NCBI GenBank assembly: GCA_045863335.1
Contig: BTVY01000006.1
Coordinates: forward strand, 32,001-96,000
Direction: 5' to 3'
DNA from: Candidatus Hydrogenedentota bacterium
GTDB lineage: Bacteria > Hydrogenedentota > Hydrogenedentia > Hydrogenedentales > SLHB01
Length of the DNA stretch: 64,000 nt
In this document: positions 56,046 through 64,000 of the stretch, piece by piece
Layout: each line of letters opens with the position of its first letter
How positions within the stretch are numbered: the first letter of the stretch is position 1
Translations under genes and position numbers: made by a program
Notes under the pieces: model-generated
Databases searched by the model: none
Told to the model about the DNA's origin: nothing
The model's input: only the letters and a program-made list of their open reading frames with translations

Positions 56046-56094
56046 CAGATGGGACACATCGGACAGATCGGACGGATCAGTCCGATCCGTCCGG
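56046..56094. repeat. 9-bp periodic repeat, same family as 26729-26767
   Basis: cagatggga-cacatcgga-cagatcgga-cggatcagt-ccgatccgt. Confidence 0.65.
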
Positions 56095-56127
56095 TTAACG
56101 CGAAACTACAGTGGGAACTGAACCACG

Positions 56128-57018
56128 ATGTACATCTCCATACGCGACGATATGCTGGTCCAGGCCGGCTTCACTAATGTGGCCGAAGGCGCGAAACGGA
56201 TAGGCGTCAATGCCATCGAAGTCGAGCTGGATCAGGACTTCATGGTTTACTGTTTGGATTCGACGGATTCGACACTACGCGCGGACCTGGAGACCGACGA
56301 AGGCGTCGCGTTGTACAAGAAGCATCTCGAAGCCCTCGGTGTTACGGCCTGCGCATTCCTTACTGCGCGCGATTTCAGCATGGGCGACCTGGAGTCCAAC
56401 ACGCGCTGGGTTGCGCGCGCCTTGGAGATCGCGGAGCAAATGGGCATGGCGTCCATCCGCATCGATTCCGCCATGAAGCGCGAGCGCGAACTCGATTTCA
56501 CCACGCGCGTCGATCTCTTTGCCAAAGGTCTCGGCGGCGCACTGGAGCGCACCGCCGGCATGAAGGTCGCCATGGGCATCGAGAACCACGGCTTCCAGGG
56601 AAACAACCTCGCCTTTCTCTTGAACGTGTTTCGGATCGTAGGCTCGGACCGTCTCGGCTCCACGATGGACACCGGCAACTTTTACTGGCGCGGGTACCCC
56701 CTTTCGGAAGTCTACGGCATTCTCCAACTCCTGGCGCCGTACACCAAGCACACTCATCTCAAGAACATTCGCTACCCCAAGGACAAGCGGGAGACCATCC
56801 GCGAAGCGGGCTGGGAGTATGGCGCTTACGTCTGCCCCCTCTACGACGGTGACATCGACCACGGACGCGTGTTGCAGATTCTGGCCGACGCTGGCTATTC
56901 CGGAAACATCTGCATCGAGAACGAATCGCTCGGCAAATGCGCCAACGACGAAGAGCGGCAGTCGGTGCTCAAACGCGAGGTGGAACACCTCCGGGAAAAG
57001 TTGGCGACCCTTGGCTGA
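56128..57018 (+). CDS. Sugar phosphate isomerase/epimerase (TIM barrel)
   Basis: 'GIENHG', 'DTGNF', 'HTHLKN', 'GDID', 'GYSGNICIENE'. Confidence 0.9.
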   Translation: MYISIRDDMLVQAGFTNVAEGAKRIGVNAIEVELDQDFMVYCLDSTDSTLRADLETDEGVALYKKHLEALGVTACAFLTARDFSMGDLESNTRWVARALEIAEQMGMASIRIDSAMKRERELDFTTRVDLFAKGLGGALERTAGMKVAMGIENHGFQGNNLAFLLNVFRIVGSDRLGSTMDTGNFYWRGYPLSEVYGILQLLAPYTKHTHLKNIRYPKDKRETIREAGWEYGAYVCPLYDGDIDHGRVLQILADAGYSGNICIENESLGKCANDEERQSVLKREVEHLREKLATLG

Positions 57019-57028
57019 TCCAAACCCC

Positions 57029-57475
57029 ATGCAAGCGTTCCCGCAATGGAAACTTCTCGGGCTCATGCTCGCGGGTATCGCGCTGGTAGGATGCTCCGTC
57101 TACTTCGCACAGCGGTGGAACGTGATCCAGCGGCTCTCGCTCGATTTCCGCGGCGAACGCGCGGAGGGATCGGCCGAGCGCGTTGACGAGACTTCCTACC
57201 GGCTGCGCCTCGACATGGGGGACCGCATCCTAAGCCGGACCTACGACGGCGGCTTCGGCGTTCAACCCACCGGAGATCGCGTCTTTGACGTCACCATGGC
57301 CTACGACCCCGCCGATCCCACCGACTTCCAGCCCGCGACAATTTCGTACCTCCCGGGAATCGTTGTCGGCCTGCTGTTCGCCTTCGGCATGAGTTCCATC
57401 CTGTACGCGCGCCGCATCGTACAGCGGGTACGCCGGGCGCAGAATTCTTCCTTAAGATCAGGAAAGAACACGTGA
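57029..57475 (+). CDS. Small two-TM membrane protein (DUF3592-like topology)
   Basis: TM, beta-rich segment, 'YDPADP', second TM. Alternative TTG start at 57011. Confidence 0.6.
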   Translation: MQAFPQWKLLGLMLAGIALVGCSVYFAQRWNVIQRLSLDFRGERAEGSAERVDETSYRLRLDMGDRILSRTYDGGFGVQPTGDRVFDVTMAYDPADPTDFQPATISYLPGIVVGLLFAFGMSSILYARRIVQRVRRAQNSSLRSGKNT

Positions 57476-57658
57476 TAGCCATGTCTTGCGCATAACTCGT
57501 TTGGCTTATCAAGCGAAACCAAAAACTGGTTTCTGAGTCCGCCGCCAAGGGTCAAATGGACAGCACGGACCCGTTTTCACTATACTCTCACCTATTTGGC
57601 GCATACGACTAACTTCGCAGACGTCGCCATTCACCCACGCGGGAAAGGTTTTCGTTTC

Positions 57659-60196
57659 ATGGCTAAGAAACTCATGGTGGTCCCGGCGGAAGTACGGAAG
57701 AGTTCCGTGCTGGAACTGGGGTCCATTCCGGTAAATGTCTACAACAAGTCGCTCGCGGAGGAACTGGAAGGCAATCCCGACGTGACGCCCGCGCGCTGCA
57801 TGCGCGCCTACCGCGACATGGCACTCATCCGCGAGTTCGAGACCATGCTTGACGAAATCAAAAAGCTGGGCTCCTATCAGGGACTCGAGTACAAGCACGC
57901 TGGTCCGGCTCATCTCTCTATCGGTCAGGAAGCCTCGGCGGTGGGCGAGTGCTATCACCTTTCCATCGATGACCATATTTTCGGTAGCCACCGGAGTCAC
58001 GGCGAGATCATCGCCAAAGGGCTCGCCGCGGTACACGAGGCCAAAGGCGCCAGCCTCGAAAAGATCATGCGCGAGTACTTTGACGGCGTCATCCTCGGCA
58101 TCGTCGAAGGCGACGGCGAGAAACCGGCGGCGCTGAACGTGCCCAGCGGCAATGGGAAGACCCTGCTCAAAGGCGACGACGAAGAAGAGCTCGGCATCGA
58201 CTTTTTGCTGTACGGCCTCCTCGCCGAGATCTTCGGACGTGAGACGGGCTTTAACAAGGGCATGGGTGGTTCCATGCATGCCTTCTTCATCCCCTTCGGC
58301 GTGTACCCCAACAACGCCATCGTGGGCGGCAGCGCGGACATCGCCACCGGCTCGGCCCTCTACAAAAAAATCATGCGCAAGCCCGGCATTACGGTCGCCA
58401 ACATTGGCGACGCCTCCATCGGCTGCGGCCCAGTTTGGGAAGCCATGGGCTTCGCCGCCATGGGCCAGTACACAAACCTCTGGGAACCGGAATTCAAAGG
58501 CGGCCTTCCCATCATCTTCAACTTCATGAATAACTTCTACGGCATGGGCGGCCAGCCCATCGGCGAGACCATGGGCTTTGAACGCCTCGCGCGCGCGGGC
58601 GCGGCCATCAACCGCGAGAACATGCTGGCCGAGTGCGTGGACGGCAACAACCCGCTCAGCCTGGCGGATGCGTACAAGCGCAAGATTGCCGCCATCCGCG
58701 AGGGACGCGGGCCCGCGCTGCTGGAAGTCGTGTGTTACCGCCAGTCAGGGCACTCGCCAAGTGACCAGTCCTCGTACCGCGAGCGCGAAGAGATCGAAAT
58801 GTGGCGTCAGGTAGATCCGCTTCTGGAGTTTGGCCAGAAGCTCATCGATGCGGGCGTCGCTTCGGAAGACGATCTCAAAGCCGTAGGCGAGTACGCTACG
58901 CGAAAGGTTGTCAAAGCGCTACGCCTCGCCGCCGATATCAAAACCTCGCCGCGCATGACCCTCGGACCCGGCATCGGCCTCGATGTGTTGACGTTCTCCA
59001 ATGAAATGATGGAAACCCTTCCCGGTCTGGACCGGAAGGACGACGTATCCATGCCGCTCGAAGAGAATCCCCGGGTCCAGCAGATTGCGAAGAAATCCCG
59101 CAGCGGCATCGGTCCCAAAGGCGAGATTCTCAAGGAAGGCAAGGCGGTCAGCTTCCGCGACGGATTGTTCGAAGCGATCGCGCACCACTTCTACAACGAT
59201 TCGCGCGTCGTGGCCTACGGCGAAGAAAACCGCGATTGGGGTGGCGCCTTCGCCGTGTACCGCGGCCTCACGGAAGCATTGCCCTATCATCGTCTTTTCA
59301 ATTCTCCCATCTCGGAAGGCGCCATCATCGGCACCGCCGTCGGCTACGCCCTCGAAGGCGGCCGGCCCCTCGTGGAACTCATGTACTGCGACTTCATGGG
59401 CCGCAGCGGCGACGAGATCTTTAACCAGCTTCCCAAATGGCAGGCTATGTCCGGCGGGTTCTGCAAGATGCCCGTCGTGGTGCGCGTCTCCGTGGGCAGC
59501 AAGTATGGCGCACAACACTCGCAGGACTGGACCGCCCTCTGCGCCCACGTGCCGGGATTGAAAGTCGTTTTCCCGGCGACGCCATACAGCGCAAAGGGCC
59601 TCATGGCGTCCGCCTTGAGCGGCAGCGATCCCGTCGTCTTCTTCGAGAGCCAGCGTATCTACGACATCACGGAACAGTTCCATCCGCAAGGCGTGCCCTC
59701 CGAATACTATCGTGTGCCGATCGGAGTGCCCGAAGTGCTCAAGGAAGGCAACGACCTGACCATTCTGACCTTCGGCGCGACGTTGTACCGGGCAGCCGAA
59801 GCCGCCAAGCGGTTTGAAGAGGAGTTCGGCATCTCCGTCGAACTCATCGACGGCCAGACTCTCGTCCCCTTCGATTACGAGGTTCTAGTCAATTCTGTGA
59901 AGAAGACCGGCAAACTCATCCTGGGAAGCGACGCGTGCGAACGCGGCAGCTACCTCCACACGATTGCGGGCGAGATCACGCAGATGGCATTCGATCACCT
60001 CGACGCGCCCGTGTGCGTCGTCGGCGCGGAGAATTGGATCGTACCGCCAGCCGAATTGGAGGAAGCCTACTACCCGCAGGCGTCCTGGTTCCTGGACGCG
60101 TATCACGCCCAGATCAAGCCGCTGGCGGGGTATGCACCCACGTCTGAACGCGGCGGTAACGCGAAATTGCGCCGGTCTACGTATGGAGTAGTTTAG
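57659..60196 (+). CDS. Fused alpha/beta E1 component of a ThDP-dependent 2-oxoacid (pyruvate/acetoin-type) dehydrogenase
   Basis: Alpha: 'HLSIGQEA', 'SHRSHG', 'KGMGGSMH', 'GDA...NNFYGM', 'YRQSGHS'. Beta: 'NSPISE', 'ELMYCDF', 'GAQHSQ', 'PGLKVV', 'DPVVFFE'. Confidence 0.92.
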   Translation: MAKKLMVVPAEVRKSSVLELGSIPVNVYNKSLAEELEGNPDVTPARCMRAYRDMALIREFETMLDEIKKLGSYQGLEYKHAGPAHLSIGQEASAVGECYHLSIDDHIFGSHRSHGEIIAKGLAAVHEAKGASLEKIMREYFDGVILGIVEGDGEKPAALNVPSGNGKTLLKGDDEEELGIDFLLYGLLAEIFGRETGFNKGMGGSMHAFFIPFGVYPNNAIVGGSADIATGSALYKKIMRKPGITVANIGDASIGCGPVWEAMGFAAMGQYTNLWEPEFKGGLPIIFNFMNNFYGMGGQPIGETMGFERLARAGAAINRENMLAECVDGNNPLSLADAYKRKIAAIREGRGPALLEVVCYRQSGHSPSDQSSYREREEIEMWRQVDPLLEFGQKLIDAGVASEDDLKAVGEYATRKVVKALRLAADIKTSPRMTLGPGIGLDVLTFSNEMMETLPGLDRKDDVSMPLEENPRVQQIAKKSRSGIGPKGEILKEGKAVSFRDGLFEAIAHHFYNDSRVVAYGEENRDWGGAFAVYRGLTEALPYHRLFNSPISEGAIIGTAVGYALEGGRPLVELMYCDFMGRSGDEIFNQLPKWQAMSGGFCKMPVVVRVSVGSKYGAQHSQDWTALCAHVPGLKVVFPATPYSAKGLMASALSGSDPVVFFESQRIYDITEQFHPQGVPSEYYRVPIGVPEVLKEGNDLTILTFGATLYRAAEAAKRFEEEFGISVELIDGQTLVPFDYEVLVNSVKKTGKLILGSDACERGSYLHTIAGEITQMAFDHLDAPVCVVGAENWIVPPAELEEAYYPQASWFLDAYHAQIKPLAGYAPTSERGGNAKLRRSTYGVV

Positions 60197-60214
60197 AGGG
60201 AGAAGTTGCCCCGA

Positions 60215-62161
60215 TTACTCAGCATGGAATGGTAGTGATGGGGCCTCGAGTTCGACCTCGATTTCTTCGTCCCCTTCGACAAGGACTTCGACGAGGGATA
60301 TCCCATCGTCCGTCGTTGCACCGTCGGGAAGATTTCGTTCGCGCATCCCGGTGAATTGGTTTGACCGTATCCGGTTACGTCGTCGGTCCACAATTCGCGA
60401 CTGACGTTGATCCGTGCCATGCGGGTCCAGCACGGCTTCCACTTGATACGTTCCCGGCGTAAGCCCGCTCACGACAAACGTCCCGTCGTCCGCCACGTCA
60501 ATCCGGTCGGGACGATGAACTGGATCTGCCGCGGGATCGGGCCACTGGAAATGGATCCACACATCCATGTCGTGTTCAAGTGCTTCGATCCCCTTCACGG
60601 TACCGCGGATCGTACCGCCCCGAGCTAAATCGAAGTCCTGCTGCAAGTACTCGTCTTCCGGCACCGTTACGGAGAAATAGCGTCGCACCGAATCGTAGCG
60701 CACCGAGAGATTCCCGTCGGAATCGCGAAACTCCCGAATCGTTTCAGGTACTGCCGCCTCCACGCTGACAAGGTATCGTCCCGCCGGCATTCCGTTTAGT
60801 TGATACCAGCCACCATCGTCGGTTTCCGTCCGAAGCACATACTGGTCGCCATCCACGTACGCCATCGCGACAATCGCCATTGCTGCAACATCCCCGAAGC
60901 GTACGAACCCCTCAATGAGGGCCGGCGTGAGCGTGAACCGGAAATCCTCGGTGGCTTCATCAGCCTCCCTCGAGGCAATCCGCTCCCGGATTGCGGTGCG
61001 CTGTGGCGCGTCATGGGGAATCGCCTGGACCTCGCCAGGGCGAAGTTGTGCCGTCAGTTGATAGGGCCCAAACGGAACGTGCGCAATGCGAAACGACCCG
61101 TCTAGATCCGTATCCATAGACACGTTAAACTCGTACAGATCGTTCGACAAGGCGACGTGGGCTCCGGCGATTGCTTCCCCATCCAATGTGACAGTCCCAG
61201 TTACCTCTACCCCGCGTTCCATGACCGCGCTGACAGGCACTTCCTCACCGGCATTGCCTTCCGGCACGGCGATTCGAACCGGCGCATAGTCCGAATGGTA
61301 AGCGAGCACGGAACCCGGCGGTCCGGCCAAATCATCGATACGGAAACTCCCGTCCCCGTCCGTTTCCACGGGGAGCGCATCAACCCGGACATTTCGATCC
61401 TCGGGGACGATTTGTACCCCCCCAATCGGCGCGCCTCCCGCATCCGTAATCCGGCCGGCAACGATGTACGCGCGTTGAAGCGCACACTCCAGAAATGCGT
61501 TGTTCGCCCGCAGTCCATTCTGAAATACCAATTTCTGCGAGGCAAACCCCTCCGCTTGAACGATCACCCCCCAGGCATCGCGAATACCTTCGACTTCGAA
61601 GGTCCCATCTTCGCTTTCCAGTTCCACAAACGAGCCACGCCACTTGGAAGCAAACCAGGAGGAATCCCCCAGGAAGCGCAGCTCGAATTTGGAAATCGGC
61701 GAACCAGTCTCTGCGGCGATAACCCTTCCACCCACTTGGCTCTGCCCGTCCAGCAGCACAACGATAGACTGCCCCCTCCCGGCCAGCGGCACCACGCCCC
61801 GGTTCGGCGGATACCGTTCGTGATTCACAGAAATCGCCACGTCACCGGATAGGGATGCGTCAAACTGAGAAATACCATCCTCATTCGTGGTGGATTCTTC
61901 ATTTCGACGGTTGCCGATTAACTCGACCCGCGCCCCCGCAATGGGTTTGCGGCCTGCGGACGACTCCTGCACCACCACAACCAGTCCACTCTCGGGTGTT
62001 TGGGGCAACGCTTCGGCTTCCTGCGGCGCCAGCATCCGGACCTCGCCGTCCAGATCGATAGCCAAAGGTTCGTTGGTCGCCATGCCTTGGCCGCAGCCCG
62101 CCAGCATCACGATCAACGTGAAAAGCAACCCACACGTCAGACTTGGCTTGAAATCGTTCAT
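60215..62161 (-). CDS. Lipoprotein with repeated carboxypeptidase-regulatory-like (CarboxypepD_reg) beta domains
   Basis: Lipobox LAGC; repeated 'G.V....G.PI.GA.V' and 'TD.DG.F.I..L..G.Y' units. Confidence 0.8.
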   Translation of the reverse strand: MNDFKPSLTCGLLFTLIVMLAGCGQGMATNEPLAIDLDGEVRMLAPQEAEALPQTPESGLVVVVQESSAGRKPIAGARVELIGNRRNEESTTNEDGISQFDASLSGDVAISVNHERYPPNRGVVPLAGRGQSIVVLLDGQSQVGGRVIAAETGSPISKFELRFLGDSSWFASKWRGSFVELESEDGTFEVEGIRDAWGVIVQAEGFASQKLVFQNGLRANNAFLECALQRAYIVAGRITDAGGAPIGGVQIVPEDRNVRVDALPVETDGDGSFRIDDLAGPPGSVLAYHSDYAPVRIAVPEGNAGEEVPVSAVMERGVEVTGTVTLDGEAIAGAHVALSNDLYEFNVSMDTDLDGSFRIAHVPFGPYQLTAQLRPGEVQAIPHDAPQRTAIRERIASREADEATEDFRFTLTPALIEGFVRFGDVAAMAIVAMAYVDGDQYVLRTETDDGGWYQLNGMPAGRYLVSVEAAVPETIREFRDSDGNLSVRYDSVRRYFSVTVPEDEYLQQDFDLARGGTIRGTVKGIEALEHDMDVWIHFQWPDPAADPVHRPDRIDVADDGTFVVSGLTPGTYQVEAVLDPHGTDQRQSRIVDRRRNRIRSNQFTGMRERNLPDGATTDDGISLVEVLVEGDEEIEVELEAPSLPFHAE

Positions 62162-62241
62162 GCCGTTACGGCTATCGTGTTGACTCATCCCCGGCATCCT
62201 CAGCCATTACCTCTCATCCGATGTGCGACGGACGCCCCTCC

Positions 62242-63132
62242 CTACAATCGCTCGTCAAACCAATCTGCCATGACGGCGACTTCTTCGTGAATCGTCGGCC
62301 ACGGATGCGCCCCGTCCGGTTTGACAATCAATTCCGCATCTCCCCCCTGCGCCTTCACGGCTTCCACGAAAACCTCGGACTGTTGCAAGGGCACCATCGG
62401 ATCGGCATCCCCGTGGATTAATAAGTAAGGAGGCAGTTCGCCCTCTCCGATACGGTGCAAGGGCGAGAGAGCCCGCGCCTGCCCTTCGATTTCCTCGTCG
62501 CTCCGGCCTTCGACACCGCCGGCGAATAGGAGTTGCCCGATGGCCCCCTCGAAGTTCGGTTTAGCGCCTCCCCAGTCCAGAAAATCCGTGGGCGGAAAAA
62601 ACACCGCAATCGCTTTGACCCGTGTGTCGTGCCTCTTCAATGAATCTTTCGCCTCGGTGTCCCCATCCTCAGCAGTCACCGAAGCCAGTAACGTCAAATG
62701 CCCGCCCGCAGACGCACCCATCATGCCAAGCCGCTCAGGGTCGACATTGTAGTCGTTCGATACCGACTTTACGTAGCGTATCGCGGTCTTGACATTCTCC
62801 AGCAATTCGTCGCCGGCATACTTCGAAACTGAACCGGGCCGCATGGCGAACACCGTGTAGCCTCGGCTGCAGAATGTCGTGTACACCTGGGCCAGCATGT
62901 GGTCGTGGAGCTTTCCTCGATCGGAATGCCACGCGCCGCTGACCAAGTCGATGAGTCCCAAGCCATTGGGCGAATCCTTAGGAACAAAAATGTCGCAAAT
63001 GAGACCGGTTCCGTGAATCTCCGAATAAACGATACTCTCTTGGTGCGTGTACGGCAGCGAGTCTTCCTGAGCGCGGACACCTTGCGCCACGAATCCCAGA
63101 AGAATGGCCAATGAAGCAATGGAACGAATCAT
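62242..63132 (-). CDS. Secreted alpha/beta hydrolase (esterase, BD-FAE-like)
   Basis: Signal peptide; 'SGAW'; 'GASAGGHL'; 'LIHGDADPMVP..QS'; 'GAH'. Confidence 0.9.
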   Translation of the reverse strand: MIRSIASLAILLGFVAQGVRAQEDSLPYTHQESIVYSEIHGTGLICDIFVPKDSPNGLGLIDLVSGAWHSDRGKLHDHMLAQVYTTFCSRGYTVFAMRPGSVSKYAGDELLENVKTAIRYVKSVSNDYNVDPERLGMMGASAGGHLTLLASVTAEDGDTEAKDSLKRHDTRVKAIAVFFPPTDFLDWGGAKPNFEGAIGQLLFAGGVEGRSDEEIEGQARALSPLHRIGEGELPPYLLIHGDADPMVPLQQSEVFVEAVKAQGGDAELIVKPDGAHPWPTIHEEVAVMADWFDERL

Positions 63133-63250
63133 GAAACCCCTCCGCCTAAAGGTGTAACGGATGCAAACGCAGCAGTTTACAGAACGTTATTCAGCAATCT
63201 GAACCGATATCGAGTCTCGGCCGTATTCTTTCATACCCCTAATTGATCCG

Positions 63251-64000
63251 TCAACGCGCCGTTTCCAAGTCAGCGGGAAACCGGTCGCCGTAGCGTAGCG
63301 GCTCGCCCTCGGCCCAAGGCCGATATTCGTTGCAGAACGCCACGCGATCAGCAATCGGCGGGTGGCTGGCTCGCAGGACCGTCATCAGCCACCCCGGATC
63401 AGGATAGCCAAGATTCTCCGTGCTGAGCTTCACAAAGGCTTCGGCCGCCGCCTGGTTGTCCCGCGTGAGTTCGAGTGCAAACCGATCAGATTCCCGTTCG
63501 ATGTGACGGGAGTAGGCCAGCCCCACGGGTTCCAATACCAGCATGGCCACGTTGAGCGCGATCAACATCAATGGTACCGAGGCAACATCGGAGATTTGGT
63601 CAAACCCAAACCGGGCCGAGAAGCGCCGGAGGAGGCTCCACGCGATCCGGTGGGCAAAGTAAAGACCCACGAGTATCAACGCCGAGAAGAAGAAAATCCC
63701 TTGCACCACGTGTCCCAGGACGTAATGCCCCATCTCGTGTGCCATAACAAACAGCAACTCGTCGGTGGCGAGCTTAGCAATGATCGTGTCCCACAGCACA
63801 ATACGCTTCGTATCGTGGAAACCGGTCACGTATGCGTTGATGGCTTTCGTATCGACGCTCTTTTCCACCTCGTACACGCGGCTGCCCTCGATCCCGGCCG
63901 ACTCTGCCAGCGCGAGAATCCGTCGCTCAAGAGCCTTGTCTTTCATGGGCCCGAAATCGTTGTACAAGGGATCGATCCAGACCGGCATGACAAACATCAT
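63251..64000 (-). CDS. M48 family (Ste24-like) zinc metallopeptidase, 5'-partial
   Basis: 'NAYVTG...KRIVLWDT', HEMGH, 'SRHIERESDRFA', 'SHPPIADRV'; runs off the window edge. Confidence 0.92.
   Translation of the reverse strand: MMFVMPVWIDPLYNDFGPMKDKALERRILALAESAGIEGSRVYEVEKSVDTKAINAYVTGFHDTKRIVLWDTIIAKLATDELLFVMAHEMGHYVLGHVVQGIFFFSALILVGLYFAHRIAWSLLRRFSARFGFDQISDVASVPLMLIALNVAMLVLEPVGLAYSRHIERESDRFALELTRDNQAAAEAFVKLSTENLGYPDPGWLMTVLRASHPPIADRVAFCNEYRPWAEGEPLRYGDRFPADLETAR

Overview
GC-rich bacterial window with about 40 protein-coding genes and no tRNA, rRNA, CRISPR array, integrase or transposase that I can see. The '[22 protein letters not shown]' DUF1559/prepilin-like proteins and large secreted CAZymes suggest Candidatus Hydrogenedentes or a similar lineage (inference). 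Most of it is heterotrophic metabolism: penicillin acylase, GH127, GH116, a GH63-like hydrolase, a PL17/heparinase-like lyase, a sulfatase, two PhyH dioxygenases, SulP, a thiolase and a fused E1 alpha/beta. Highlights: (1) a minimal plesiocin-like graspetide RiPP cluster. Its 53-58 aa precursor (LFIREL leader, two TTxxxxEE cores) is missing from the ORF track, and it is coupled to an ATP-grasp ligase that appears to start at a CTG overlapping the precursor stop. (2) An 8.6-kb lower-GC island encoding a Druantia-like pair (985 aa unknown protein plus 1734 aa DEAH/DUF1998 helicase), with its own near-consensus sigma70 promoter and a 9-bp direct repeat at the borders. (3) A divergent pair of predicted c-di-GMP receptors: a PilZ-TM-L,D-transpeptidase fusion and a coiled-coil-MshEN protein with no ATPase. 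(4) An apparently unnamed multi-TM domain shared by two otherwise unrelated proteins. (5) Many distinct families of intergenic REP-like palindromes. All calls come from motif reading by eye; no database search was run.
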